Below are positions 48,143-63,404 of a stretch of DNA of 64,000 nucleotides, piece by piece. The DNA comes from Eledone cirrhosa. Its lineage: Eukaryota. The notes under the pieces were generated by a model. It was not told where the DNA came from and did not search any database. It saw only the letters and a list, made by a program, of their open reading frames with translations. The stretch spans positions 53,692,001 through 53,756,000 of the forward strand of contig OZ024740.1 in assembly GCA_964016885.1 (NCBI GenBank), read 5' to 3'. The translations under genes were made by a program, and so were the position numbers. Numbering within the stretch: the stretch's first letter is position 1; every line of letters begins with the position of its first letter.

Positions 48143-48499
48143 TAATTGTTTCTACTTTAGGCACAAGGCCAGCAATTACCCAGTGCCTTACTGGTACTTT
48201 ATTTTATCGACCCCGTAAGGATGAAAGGCAAACTCAACTTCGGCGGGATTTGAACTCAGATCGTAAAGGGACGTAACAATGCTGGAAAGCATGGCGTCCG
48301 ACCCTCTACCGATACTTCCAATCCACCGCACAAAGCCAGCAATTACCCAGTGCATTACTAGTACTTTATTTCATCGACCCCGTAAGGATGAAAGGCAAAG
48401 TTAACTTCGGTGGGATTTGAACTCAGAATGGCAAGGGCCATAACTCTATACGTCAAAGCATGGCGTCCGTCCATCTACCGATACTGCCAATCCACCGCC
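48143..48499 (-). mobile_element. Head-to-tail dimer of family A SINEs from two subfamilies
   Basis: 48143-48328 carries the ...CGTAAAGGGACGTAAC variant; 48329-48499 carries the ...GGCAAGGGCCATAACTC variant. Confidence 0.85.
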
Positions 48500-48904
48500 C
48501 TGGTGGAGTTGACGGACCCAGCATATTTATCAATGCCAAGGATTGATTTTTCTTTTTTTCCCTTTCTTTGAATCGTCAAAGTGGCATTATTGAAAAGATG
48601 ATATTGAAAAAATGAGAGGAACAATTCTTTTTAAAAAAAGTTTTATAATGTATATAAAGTATATCAAGTATATAAAGTATTACCGGTTTAGATGTATTAT
48701 TAAAATTCATCTCATCAAATGTTGAGTATTACAATTAAATAGAATTAATAGGAATTAAAAACTATATGTATGTAAATAGGAATTAAAAACATATATGTAT
48801 GTAAACGTTAAACAGAAATAACAACACAATCGGTTAATGCTTAACTTATAGGTATGTATGTTTATGTATGTGTGTATGTATATATGTGTATGTGTTTGTT
48901 TGTT

Positions 48905-48942
<38 letters not shown>

Positions 48943-49173
48943 TGTGTGTGTGTGTTTGTGTGGCGAAAACTTAACCTGAAGAAAAAGTAGTCAATATATA
49001 CGATCATAGCTAATATTTACGTTTGTAACAAAGGTTTCATGAACTAACAAAGCCTACATCCCTAGGTTTTTATCTGTAGGCTTTCTAATTGTATGTATCC
49101 ATTAGTTTCAAATGGAATATCGTGTGTACATCAAATTATAGTGTGTGTGTACACACACACACACACGCACACT

Positions 49174-49262
<89 letters not shown>

Positions 49263-49509
49263 GTGCTTTTTCTCTAAATTTTTTCCCCTCTGTCTCCTCT
49301 TTTCACTTTCTTATGTTTCTGTTTCATATTTTATTTCTCCTTCAATTTTCTTTCCTACTAAATCAAGCGTTAAACTAATATATTTCTTATTTGTATGGTG
49401 TTGTTTCCTTTGTCTTATCTATTTAGTCTTTGCACACACACACATCACACACAGATCACACACACATCACACACACACATGCGCGCGCACACACACACGC
49501 GCACACACG

Positions 49510-49623
<114 letters not shown>

Positions 49624-50134
49624 ATACAGCTTATTGGGTAAATTGTAAAAGATCTATATAACATCCCTCAAGGCTCACGAAATTTCGAGGCATAAAGTTT
49701 ATAGTTTTCAAAGATATTCTGTCATAAGACAAAAACCTCCAGCACTACTTCTATGGATTATTCAAAATCCCAGGCATTAATTATTTAAATTAATACAATT
49801 CTCAAAGACATGTATTTCATTGCTCTCAATGAACATTAGGCAGTCTTCAAAATAACCATGCAATTTTCAACGGCATTGTGGTTAGCTCACTTAAATCCAC
49901 TGAAGAGGATCACTATACCTAATATAACATTAGGTATTTTGAGAAAAAACGAAAATGGTGTTGATTATGGTTAGATTTCAACACAGAACTGGGATGCTAA
50001 ATGTCACTCAAATAGTCTTTCCAGGTCTTCACTTTCATATCTATCTATCTATTAGGTTCCTAGCAATAATTGATTAGGTACGTTAATTTCTTAACGACAG
50101 CAACATTTGACTGATAAAATGACAAGTCAGTCAA

Positions 50135-50370
50135 TCATATTGGTGGCCTCCCCACAGCCCCGGCGGACAGAATGGAGAAGGCGTTTCCCCGGAGGACGGC
50201 AAGAGAGACGCGCTGGAAAAGCAGTTCCAATTCGCGAGGCTCACATCTGCGGCTAGCCAGCTCAGCGCCTATGGTGGTGAGTAGGGAAGTAGCCCTAGGG
50301 CCGAGGACACAAGAAGTCTCCACTGCCAAGGGTACGACCGCAAACCTGTCGGAGAGCGACCGCTGCCTGT
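50135..50370 (-). pseudogene. CRE-clade non-LTR retrotransposon C-terminus (RLE)
   Basis: FAVVPLAVETSCVLGPRATSLL...LLFQRVSLAVLRGNAFSIL matches the PxAVETxG...QRxSxAxxRGNA pattern of CRE-like RLE ends. Confidence 0.8.
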
Positions 50371-50510
50371 CTATTTCTTTCTATATATGCCTGTCTGATT
50401 CTCGCTCTCGCTAAATACGTACACAAACACACGCATATATAATATATATAAATACACACACACTCACACACACACATATATATATATATTTATATATAAT
50501 ATATATAAAT

Positions 50511-50542
<32 letters not shown>

Positions 50543-50564
50543 GTGTGTGCGTATATAGATATAT

Positions 50565-50635
50565 GATGTGTTGGTGTAATGGTAGCACAGTGGTCGCGAT
50601 AACCACAGATGTGGGTTCGACTCCCATGTACGTCA
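50565..50635 (+). tRNA. tRNA-like cloverleaf (pseudogene or atypical tRNA; nominal anticodon CGA)
   Basis: GATGTGT TG GTGT AATGGTA GCAC A GTGGT CGCGATA ACCAC AGAT GTGGG TTCGACT CCCAT GTACGTC A; all four stems pair; TTTTT follows at ~50645. Confidence 0.6.
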
Positions 50636-50893
50636 ATACTCATCTTTTTCCATTTATCTGAGGGTTCTAAACCCCGTTATCAAGCTAAAATTCCTTTAGT
50701 TAAAAATACGGTGAAAGCTATATATTTTCTAATTTCAAACTCGCTCACTGTTTCAAAACATACTTACTTGATATATATATATATATATATATATCCAGGG
50801 AGTGTAACTTGGAGTTACTGTAGGTTCACCAGGGTGAGCACTAGATGTTTAGGTTCACTTCAGTGTCGAGGTGTAGAGCTAGACAAAATGTAT

Positions 50894-51052
50894 TATAGTG
50901 AAATAAGATAACAAGGACGATTGGTTACTCCTTCATTACGTTTATTGGTTGGTGACGATACAGATCAAACCTTGAGCTGATCAGTGGCGAAACGTGCATC
51001 ACCAACTAATAAACGTAATGAAGGAATAACCAATCGTCCTTGTTATTTTATC

Positions 51053-51060
<8 letters not shown>
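50894..51060. mobile_element. Fold-back of a pLTR-like tail; loop holds the 3' half of a hammerhead
   Basis: About 62-bp arms 50894-50955 / 50999-51060; loop GATCA..TGATC AGTGGC GAAAC GTGC. Confidence 0.65.
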
Positions 51061-51089
<29 letters not shown>

Positions 51090-51396
51090 TCTGTTTCTCC
51101 TTTGTGATCTCTTTCTATTTTGTACTCCTGAAGAAGGGCTTAGACCGAGACGTCCAATTTTCATTCCGCTTTCCAATATAAAGCGTGAAACTAATAAGAC
51201 TTGTACCTCTGTTTGTTATTTACTTGAACTATATTTTCCACGCTAACGCGGCAATCTTTGTATTTTGAACCTACGTAAATATCCTGGTTCAAACACGAAG
51301 TTGAATTCAACTTACAAGCACGCTCATCAAAAGAAATAATAGAAATAATTAGCTCTCAAAGCTTTACACAGAAAATATTCATTACAGTTTTGAGAG

Positions 51397-51397
<1 letters not shown>

Positions 51398-51427
<30 letters not shown>

Positions 51428-51485
51428 CTTCTTCTTCTTCTTCTTCTTCTTCTTCTTCTTCTTCTTCTTCTTCTTCTTCTTCTTC
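51398..51485. repeat. (CTT)n trinucleotide microsatellite, ~29 units
   Basis: Direct reading. Confidence 0.97.
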
Positions 51486-51559
<74 letters not shown>

Positions 51560-53941
51560 TTTCATACAAACATATATATATATATATATAGGAAAATGTT
51601 TCCACTCTACTACCCTAAGTATTGAGTACTCTAGTGCGTTATGGTCCATCTGGTTCCTTACCACACCTCCTTCGTTATATATATATATATATATTTATAT
51701 ATATTTATTTATATATATAGAACGATCTCTCTTTATATCTATATGTGTGTATAGGTGTATAGATAAATCTTTACATATACGGGTAGGGCAGGATGTATGA
51801 CAGATCAATGGATTTGGATATGACTGGTTGAACACATATATATATATGCATTTAAGCATAGACATACCTAATGTATTTATACAGGTAGTATGTTCAATAA
51901 TATATACGGTTTTGTTTGTGTCTATGTAGGCTTATTCACCTGAATTTCTTTTATAAAATTTGCCTTATAAGTTTAGCCCATGTCTATGCGGATGGAGCGG
52001 AACTGTGATCAAGGGCATAAGTTCCACATCTAGTACCGCTTTATACATCATGTCAGTAATTTTTAAGACGACGGAATGTTATTTGAGGAAAAGTTGGCTG
52101 CTATTTTTTATGAGATAGATCAACTACGTATAGGCAAGCTTGATATCTTGTTACTGTTTCATATATATATATATATGTATATTCTTAAACCCTAAATTTT
52201 CCCTGAAAGTAATTACATTTTTCCTTACTACGGCGTAGAAAAAATCTAGGACCACTTAAATCACTAATTTACGCGTTTAATATTGGCGAACGCATGAATG
52301 AGTACTCAATATCATAGCATAGTAAAGAATGATTGTTTATTAAGGCTGGTCGAGTGGCATGTTACTCGATAGTTTTCTCTGCATTGTTTCCAGCTTGTTA
52401 AAAACTTAGTTGATATGTATTGATTTCAAAATTCATATTCATTCCTAAAAATGACACCAGGCCAAATATTTCGCTTAAAGTTTAGTCGATTAAATAAATC
52501 TCAGTATTTTATTTTATCAACCACAGTAGCTGGAAGTCAAATATGATGATGTCGATATTTGATCTCAGAATCCTGCAAGGCTTCTCCGACTCTCTATACA
52601 TCTGTCTATTCTCCAGAAATATAACTGCACATTACCCTTTTGTTGTCAGAAATTACACATAAAATATTCCTTTGGGTCAAAATAGGAGTTTCTGTGTTAG
52701 GTGTAGGGAAACCCTTCATCTACGGGCAAATGTTTGATCACATATAAATTTGAAATAACTCGCGGAACAAATCTTTAAAAATTCATATACGGTTCAAGCC
52801 TTAAGACTGTAACGTTAATTTAATATCAGTCGCATAGTTACGAATTTGTAAAATACAAGTTTCGCAAGTTTTCGCATACACATTCCCATCCACAGGCTCC
52901 TCTGTACATGAAATTCACCCCTGGTATTACATATATTTTCATTTTAAGCTCTATTACGAGCTCGTCGACTAGCTAGCTACAGATAGTAATCGTATCTCCA
53001 TCAAATCACACCATATTTAAAAAAGAAGAGATTTATTCGACATTGAATTCCTAGATATTTAAAAAGACGTGGTAGTAGTGCCTGGAACACCTTTAATCAT
53101 AGTTTTCTATGATTAGAGTTGACCTGGGGCTAAAACATATTAGCATCATAAATCATTCTTCTTACTTTTTCTTGTTGTACTAAAAACAGAATTTATTTCA
53201 TGCCTTGAAGCAGACATATATATTACATCACACCTACTAATTATTAATTACCATTACCACTTATTCCACGAATAATAAAAGTTAATAAACAGTAACAAAC
53301 ATAAGGTTATACTCCTGGTGTTGGTCTCATTACTGATTCCTATTAATCTTGAAGAAAGACATTGAAGTTAAACATTCCATTCCACAATAAAACAGTTAGC
53401 TTTAAAGTCGGCGTTTGTTTCATGGTATGGAAGAATGAAACTGTCACAAGCTGAAGGCAATATAATGCCAGTGGGAACGACAGACAAGCACTAGAGGGAG
53501 ATTAGGAAAACTGCTGTAAGGCCCGCCTATTCAATCGTGCCAGTGAGAGGTAAAAATGACTGGTAACTTGTCTAAAATAACAGCCAATGAAAAGTTTAGT
53601 TTCTGTCAGCCAGTGAAACCGTCAAATACGGTATAAAAGCGTTGAATTCATTACATCATTGCCATCCACTGGGGGAAAGCTGTTGTGTGTTTTTTACTCT
53701 CTTTTAATGAGGGAACCACGCCTACTCTATAAGCATTTTGAATGTTCATTATTGTTCTTTGCTCAGTAATGACATCAAACACTTTCCTATTATAGTTGGA
53801 GATGTAAGCATTGTAATATCTTTTACATCAACACACGAAGAAAACGTTTGTGCTGCACGTTTCTTTAATTGCAAATATGCATATACTGACGTATTTACAT
53901 ATGTGAATATATGTATACATATTTGTATACGCAAGGATTAA

Positions 53942-54030
<89 letters not shown>

Positions 54031-54054
54031 ATATATATATATATATATATATTG

Positions 54055-54242
54055 CGAAGGAACTATGTTAAGGAATCAGGTGGATCATAACGCACCAGAG
54101 TACTCGATACTTCGAGTAGTAGAGTTGGTAATAGGAATAGGTTCAGGACCCTGAAGGCAGAGCTCAAACCGTTTCGACGTCCAGAAATAGCTGTCGAAAC
54201 GGCTTGAGCTCTGCCGTCGGGGTCCAGAACCTTTTCCTATAT
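54055..54242. mobile_element. Family X copy with fold-back
   Basis: 54131-54178 is the reverse complement of 54193-54240; GAAACGGC..GCCGTC at 54196-54218. Confidence 0.75.
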
Positions 54243-56315
54243 ATATGTATATAATGCTGAGATTACTCGCCGCTGCTTCTTAGCATTTCCTGCTTACTCA
54301 TAACTTCTCTCTATGTAATATAGGTGACGACCGAATGGTTCAAATAATATATATTTAGGCAGAAAGAAATATTGATCGCACTGGTACATATACATTTTTG
54401 AGAAGGTACAATAAATATATACACTCTACATTTTTATTGACCAATATATTCTCCAGTATAAAGACTCAAATAAGCACACAAAGAAGAAAGTAGCAGTAAC
54501 TTCGAAGTTTCAGTGCCGATGCCTCTTCAAACTGAAGAGGCACCAAAGCCTAAACTTCCTTATCACTAGCAGATGTTTCTTCAGAAAATATACCTTATAA
54601 TCTTCCCACATATATTTAGTGCTTACTCAGTAAATTTTCGAGCATTCTACATACATTCGTACATTTTGTATATATGTATAATGTGGAGCGCAACACATGC
54701 GATATAATTAATTCGATTAAAGATATTAGCGAAGACGAATATCTTTAATAGGCAGGATCTTTTTCATAACGATTTCACTACACAATTTAAGCACACAATT
54801 GTTATGTATGAGTCTTGCCTAATTGACAGTAAACCTCTTAGTATGAACATAGTGTTTATACAGGTTCATCTATTCCATCATATACATAGAGCGTCGAAAG
54901 TGTTGTGTAATTATTCTTCAATTGAAAATTCAACTTTTGGCTATTTTTCAGCTCACAAATATTGAATAATTTTAGTAAAATAATTAACTAAACCAATGCA
55001 ATGTCTTTTGCTGGGTTGGTAAAGACTCTGCCTCTCAACTAAATTACATCAAGTGTATTTTATTCTCAATAACATCGGTTAGTGAGATTTTCTGTTTTGA
55101 ATAACGGGTAATATCGTCATTACTGCAGATAACTCTTAATTATTAAAACAAAAATCTATACTACCAATATGTTCAATGAGAGCTTTTCTAATTGTTATTT
55201 ACATGTCATGAAATATGTCAAAATGCGACATTTATTCGCCAAAATAATAACTGAATAAAACAAAGTTCAAAATGATCGGAACAGAAATCAGTTAAACTGT
55301 GCAAAACACTCCCAGGCACACATACACAAATATATCCAGATATTAATAAGCACACGCATGTAATACATAAACGCGTATATAGGAAATGTTCACACACATC
55401 CAGGCAGTCGTAATACATAGTGCCCAAGCATAATAAGGAAGCGTTTGTACTGACTGGTGTTTAATGTGTGTATTGTCTACCAATAGATTCATTTAGATTC
55501 AAATATGTAATGCAGTGATTGATTATAGAGCTTTGGTAAAATAAAGATATAAAAAAAATCATGAATCGAGATTAGGTCGGGAAGTAGACTCGAATGATTG
55601 CTTCTCACATTGGCTGTTCACATTTTTAAATTAAACTAAATCAGTTTATCGACTAACTCACTTTTAACAGCTAGAGCAGAGAATTTAAAACATAAAATAA
55701 TTATAAACGTACAAAAATAATTGGCCGGCTTCGATTCGCCGCCTAGCTGAGGCTGCTGCTGCTGCCACTAAGGACCCTAGAAGCGGTAGGGTAGATCCTT
55801 TAATACTGTCCTTCAATAGTCGAATCTGTGTATTGAGTATCAAACATAGTTCTATCAGTCTGCATAAGTCCTTAAGATTAGTTCAGTAATGTGCTAGAAT
55901 TGCTTTAATTCGCTATATTTTCCCCTTGCTTAGTTGTAATGTTTTCTTAGTGCCAGAAATCCTTATATAGATACCAATAATGTTGGATATTGTTGAGACA
56001 TTAGAGTGGCAAAATAAATGCTTTAAGACATTTAGATTTATAATTCGTGAGAATAGGTTTTCAATACCATCAGTGAATATGATAAATTGGCATATAACAT
56101 TGTATCAATTCGATCTAAATTATACCTACTTTACAAAGATTTAGCTTATGACTACACAGAAAATATATTTATCATTATGTATTTTGTGTGGGGTTTAAGG
56201 TCAGACGTTAATGTTCCTCTTGAACAGTCCTTTTTAAATATATTCTTTTGAATGTATTGAATATAATCAATTACACACACACACACACACATATATATAT
56301 ATGTGTGTGTGCGTG

Positions 56316-56366
<51 letters not shown>

Positions 56367-56762
56367 AATAATGGAGCTGCGGCGCTGCAAATGGGTTACA
56401 TATGAAAAAGTTTGTCCTCATCAGTGGCCATCCAACCGTCGTAGGCATTTCGTCGCATTAAAGGCCATATACCTCAGGTTGGTGCGAGCAACGGCTAAAA
56501 AAAAAAGAAGTCGTTGGGACACGTAAATAAAGGGGACGCTAGGGTAAACAAACAAAATGGTTTAAGCAGCAGAAAGTGATGAAGAAGGAAACAAGTCCCA
56601 GATTTCTATGAATATAAATTCGGTGGAATCGTGAACGAGAGAATAAAGACCATCAAACCTGGTTGAAATGTGAGCAAGGAAGGAATTTCGCATAGGTCTA
56701 ACGGGAGGAAGAAGGGGTCTGGTCTGCGAATTCGGTAAACATAAGTTCTGTGAAGTCGCAGA

Positions 56763-56824
<62 letters not shown>

Positions 56825-59696
56825 ATCAAGTATATAATATTTGCATAGAAAACGGAAAAGAATGTTATCCATGTCGTCTACAGCAAAAACTGAACGAGAG
56901 GGAAAAGTAACAGAAATAAAAATATCTGAAGACATCGTGAGGGTTAAAACGTCAATGTCGTTGTTATATTGTTGCGGTGATAATAGCTTGGTACAGACTG
57001 TTAACTGTCAACATTACAGTGACTACACAGTTAAGAAAGTTTGTGGATTGAAATAACAAAGAGAGGAAGAGAGGGCTCACGCTGGGATATGCGGACGGGA
57101 TATACATGCTGAAGGCGATATAACACCCCTCAACGATTTTGTATTTACCGTTGGTAGGTAGGTCTATCATGTACTTAGGTTAAGGTATGGTGCATATTAT
57201 ACTTGAACAGTGTTAATGTGTCACGTGTGATAATTATCCGCTTCTTATGCTTTCTATCTGATTTATATAAAAGAGCTAGAATCGAGTTACAGTAAGTTAC
57301 TCGTTTTTCTTTTATATACCACACTCACTGTATGAGGTCTATTCATATATTTGAATATATATACGGTACTGATGTGGCTTATTGTGTATATTTATTTATG
57401 TTTTTTCTGGTTAATTTATTTCGACTTCCCACACTTCATTTCAGTTGGTGGTCGGAGATAGAAATCTATTGCTTTCATTTTAAACATAAATATCTAAATA
57501 TCGAGCCCTGAAATATCGCCAGATTACCGTTTTTCGTCGGTTTGATCCACAATAGATTTTTCATGGAACTAATGCATGTGAAAGATTTGTTACAGCTTCA
57601 GATTTAGATACTGAGTTACACGGCTGGTTGTGCTGGAAATTTATTTCATACGTAATTTTAGAAGAAATCACAGTAGAAAAATTTCGACCAGTGTTTTAGA
57701 GGAAAGAAAATAGTAAATGTGGAACGTTGCGTTGCCTTCTAAACGTGTTACTGAGTGCCAAACAGATTGGTAAACTATTAATACACTTGAGGATTATCAA
57801 CGGTACTCATTCTAGCATCAACGGTAATTGTTTTCGAAAATACTGTATTTTATTATAACAGGTTCTACGTTATTCTGAATTTTACTTAATGCATTTTAGG
57901 AAATTCGAATATATTTTCGAAGTAGATAGCTGGCGGCAATCACCATAAAGTGTTTTATTCTAAAATCATAATGATATATCCAATAAAGAGTATGTATTCT
58001 TGTTTAACAAACCTTGTATTGAATAAAAATAAGCCTACAAAATATATTCATGGAAGAAAAAATCAAAATAATAATTTCTTTCTTTCAATGGACACTGATG
58101 ATGCTATATGAAACATAATATTAATCTAAATTCTACACGAAGTCAAAAAGAAGATAAGAGTATATACTTCAGCATGAGACAATATAATTTTTGTTTTCAT
58201 GATTGATATTTATAAAGAGGTTTCAATTATGTATACGCATTTAATAATATTTAAAATATTTAGATAATAGAAATTTTAAATTAAAAAATAGGAAATAGAC
58301 GGAAAACGAAATTAAGAAATGCAGATAGTTTGCACAAAAAAAGGACAGAAAACTATATAAATTCAGAGAACGGGAAAATATCAAGTAGCCTAGAACATAC
58401 ATATAAATAAATAATAGCATATTAAGAAAAATCAAGAAGAATACAATATTCGACACGTAAGTATTTTCCAGTAGGAAACGTATTCCGAAAGATTTAACCG
58501 AGTCTAATTCCCAATAGTTCTTCTCAAGACAAATTTTGTTGTAATTCTATTTGGATTTTGAAAATTCACTTTCCATACTATCAAATGAAATATATGAATT
58601 AAATTACGTGTAATAAATATCAGAATTTGTTTTAAACCATTTAATCGTATTGGTATGTATATTTGTTTCTAAATTTAAAGGTGAAACTGACAACTATAAT
58701 ATTCCTTCTAATATTCTTTTATTCAGATTTCTAGTTAAGAAATAAAATCTGGAGATTTTCTATTCCCACAATATCTACAGCAATTCCTTAACGTTGGTGA
58801 AGCGACGACGTGGCTCAGATGAACTGATATACAGTCAAAACGAAACTGATTATTGTGATTATGGACATGAATTGCATACAATTAACTTTCAGTTTTTCCC
58901 TAACTATTTTTTATTTGCAACATAACATTATATCATATGTTTGCTTACAGTAAATGCCAAGAAGATACTTTAAGCAGACATTTAACGTAAGATTTATTTT
59001 GAACTGATCATATTGTCTAAAGAGCATCCATATGAATCCCAAGTTTGAACAGTTTTTTGTATTGTTGAAATAAGTATTATCAATACATCAAAGTAACATT
59101 GATGGTTAAAGGTCATTTTTACATTTTGTTTTCAACGACTTATAAAGATGACTCACTGATGTAATCAAGTACATAGAAGATGCTTTTTTATAGTTAAGAT
59201 TCGTGAATATGTTTTTTCATTAAAAATTGATTTAGATAAGCGGTTATATACTTATGGTTCCTATTTCTTTGCTTTCAGTACATAAGTAAATTATTTTTGT
59301 AAGCATTGGAGAAAGGTAAAATTATATGACCTAGTTTTATATGCTTAGTTAGGTAAACTTGACAACATTTGCATTATTTACACCTTTAAAAGCAACAATA
59401 TCAAACCTTTTTATAAAATCTCATTTTTGAGTCTGTATACAGGGAAATAATTAATAGTGATTACCATAAATTATTGGTGAGCTCTATATCAGAAGTGTAA
59501 ATTTTCGCATTCTAATTTGAAGCCACTCGTTTAAAAGTTTCCAAAACCTAAGCGAAACAAGCAGTTTAAGTTTTAAGATCAAAAGAGAAATTTACTGTAA
59601 GTAGAATATTCATGAATTTGTAAAATTGAAAATTAATCATATAATTTTATGAGCAAATATGCAGGTGGAAAACTTTCTATTCAACTCTATAATACT

Positions 59697-59869
59697 TGTT
59701 TCTACTTTTTGGCACAAGGCCAGCAAATACCCAGTGCATTACTGGTACTTTATTTTATCGACCCCGTAAGGATGTAAGGCAAAGTTAACCTCGGCGGGAT
59801 GTGAACTCAGAATGGCCATGCTCAAAGCATGGCGTCCGACCCTCTACCGATACTGCCAATCCACCGCCA
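59697..59869 (-). mobile_element. tRNA-derived SINE (family A) with perfect 19-bp TSD
   Basis: TATTCAACTCTATAATACT at 59678-59696 and 59870-59888. Confidence 0.93.
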
Positions 59870-61091
59870 TATTCAACTCTATAATACTAAAACGTTTCCC
59901 ACCTCTGTTCTAAACCACTCCATGTAACGAAAACAAGATAAAATTAACTGAAGCTTCTATCTACTTTAACCTTCGTTTTATGGTTGTATTCATTTCACTG
60001 AACTTGTGAATCTAAGGTTTTTAATATAAACGTGAATGTTTTAGACCACACTTTAAATATGACGCATTTTTATTAAAACCCTGAAAGTATTAAGTTTTAT
60101 CTATGAGAATGACTATAATACACTTTGAACCATTATCAGAATTCCAAAGAAGCTAAATGAGGAAATATAGAATCATTGTAGGATGAATTACTTGTGTTAG
60201 TAGGGTATATTAATATATAAAATAATCCTTTGAAGTGGATATTTTATCGAATCTACATAAATGAAACACTAAACCTATCCTTCTAAGTTTTGCATTCAGA
60301 TTAGTATATGTAAATAAATTGATTTAGTTAACCAGCTCCGCATTCCACATTTCTGTGGCACCTTTATTTAGAAATAATGCAGTTTTTAATACAGTACTTG
60401 GCAAATCTGAGAAAGGACGTAGTCTCTTATCAGTGAACTTAACTGATGTTTATTTCATCAATTGCGGAAGTGCCATTAATCCTTCTCTTGATTACTTGAA
60501 CGCAGAACGGAAAAGATATAACTGAATACAAGAAGCTATTCTGTCAGATGTTCTACCAATTCTGTCAGATGCTCTACCAATTCTGCCAATCCATCACCGT
60601 ATTTTCAGACATTAAACTAGACTAGAAAATAACGAAAGTTCAATGTTAAGACAATTTACACAAAACTATATTTTAGATTGAGCATTGTTCATAATCGTAA
60701 TAGCACTTATTCCTATATCCCAGTAAAGTGCTATATTTTACTGGAAGATGAGATGCGATGTTGATAACTATTCCATTATCAGCGTAAATGAAAAGAAAGT
60801 GTTTTCCAACATGAAAGAGATTGATAATTTCAAATAGTTGACGCATTTCATCCAGAATAATATAGTTTTGTTCTACAGGGCCGAATTGAAATTAAAGGAA
60901 TTCCTGTGAGAGAGTCTTAACAGGCGTTATACTCAGTAATAACCAATATCTTTGTTCAGAGACGCGACAATGATTATAATGATAATAAAAGAATAAACAT
61001 CTGGTTGCATTTCTGTTCGCGGGCATTTTTAATTCATAAAATTCGAAACAAATTGTTAAAACACGCAAACGTAAACACACACACACACACA

Positions 61092-61160
<69 letters not shown>

Positions 61161-61167
61161 AGACACA

Positions 61168-61209
<42 letters not shown>

Positions 61210-62432
61210 GGGTGTAAGTTACTAAATGTGGTTGTGAGTGTGTATCTGCAATAAATAAAATGTTTTTGAAAGACGTATTTGCGAGCAGCCTTACTAAAGT
61301 GCACAATGTACTCGTTCGTGCTAAATATAATAGTTTCGAGTGCAGACCTATATATATATAATATACTAAACAAGTTAATCCATGTTCTTTAAAACAAATT
61401 TCCGCGCACACACACACTCATACACGTGCATATATATTATACTATATTTCATAACTTAATGAGTAAATGGATAATCAAAATATAAGCATAGTTTTAAATA
61501 TTTTTTAATATAAAATTTCATTTTTCTCAAGGAGAAATGGACAGTGCCAATCATTTTCAAAACCTCCAAGAAGAAAGGCGGCCTTGCAAATACTTGCAAC
61601 AGAAATTTCTCACATACCCAAAGCATCTCATCCGACGGTCGAAGAATTCCTTCTATTCATAGCTAACAGCTGGTACTCTATTTTATTGACCCCGAAGCAT
61701 GATAAGCAAAGCTGACTTCGTTGGCATTTGAACGTAGAACGCATACAATTGAAATATATATTGGAAATAATTTCAATTACGCTTTCTTTGGGGGTGTCAG
61801 TAAATAAACCATACATAGAAATAAAATCTGTCTCATAAGGTGTGGAAATCTATCTAGTCAGAGGCAACTCTCATTTTAATGATAGAATGTTGTCTACATA
61901 ATGCGCAGAAATATTTGAAATTTGCTTGTATTTCTTCGATCACTAATGTGACAGTGCCTATATATTAGTTATGACAGAAACACCTGGAAATAAGGCAATG
62001 AAACCTTTGATAAGGAAAGAGCACTAAGGCTATACATTAAGGGAAATAAGGGTTTGGAAACCGCCCAATTTTGTTTATTTTCTTAAGTAAACACATATTA
62101 AAAAGGGGAAATGAAAAACTCGTATAATAAATGCTTGAACGTGATAAAAGAAACAGTATCAAAGTGGAAACGATTTATTGTGCGAGCATTAAAGAAACAC
62201 ATGGAAATAGATATAAAACAGACAATGAACGTAGATCTAATGTTATTCCTCTGAGAACCAAGGCAGAAAATGCTGCATTTTAAAGAGACAAACGATGGTG
62301 ATAAGACGGCAACTTCAGAAGTTTAATTATTAAAGATTTATATCTCACTCGAAGGGAGTCAAAGTTGAAAGGATTTAATATTCTCATGACCTACTTAAAT
62401 TATTGGAACCGTGCATATACACACACACACGT

Positions 62433-62499
<67 letters not shown>

Positions 62500-62506
62500 C
62501 ACACAG

Positions 62507-62568
<62 letters not shown>

Positions 62569-63353
62569 CTGTGTATACGTGTGTGTTTGTGCATATATAT
62601 GACTTTTCAGATTATTCTTATTCGTATAGAATACGAAGCAGCGGACAAATCATCAGTTCCTCAAACCAATAGCTGAAACAATCACGACGGTTTTCAGAGA
62701 AAGGAGACACCCAGATGCCACAGCTAAGAAAATAATGTTTACTAAGATCGCGAGGCTGCTTGTCACACCCTGCAACTGCGTATTCACAGTTGATCTGGAA
62801 AGGCGGCTACAAATTCCATCATATATGAATCAGTCCACGCTGAAATACCACATCCGCTTGGTTTCTGAGGTGACAAGTTAGCTCATTCTACTGGAGTTAA
62901 CATTTTCTTTGGAGGAGAGGATGACAGACGCACAGAAAAGAGAGAGTGTGTATACCATGTGTTCATGGACGACTGCAGAATTATGAAGGTAGACATCTGG
63001 GATTTCGCAGCTCACGCCCTTAGCAAATCTTATTAACCTCTGAGTAAGTAGGAGGTGAACCATCGAACACAATTTGGAAGCAGCAGAGAGAATATCTAAA
63101 TGTTTCTAGTTCAAAAGAAAAGACAGGTGCGGTTAGTAGTATGTAAGATGCTTGGACACAAGCTGAAGCGTGATCAACCTCTACTGTGTCACCAGAACTG
63201 GGATGTACGTTGTAAGGCACGAAACACTAATCGATTCTAGGAAGAACACTTATGATGTATCCAAGGTTTCCCTGTACCTAGGATTTCTTTTGTTTCTCTC
63301 TCTCTATATATATAGAAATATAACATGATCGTACATTTTTGCTGGGTATCGCA

Positions 63354-63400
<47 letters not shown>

Positions 63401-63404
<4 letters not shown>

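Noticed and set aside
48747-48805. 30-bp tandem duplication (also 21-bp at 60539-60581)
   Set aside because: Ordinary local slippage duplications
55722-55800. GGCCGGC start resembling HDV P1
   Set aside because: No complementary P1' strand or P3/L3 motif found
56360-56490. Hammerhead-like motifs on the - strand (CTGATGA at ~56416; CTGAGGT..GAAA)
   Set aside because: The first lacks GAAA; the second has several core lesions and no helix II
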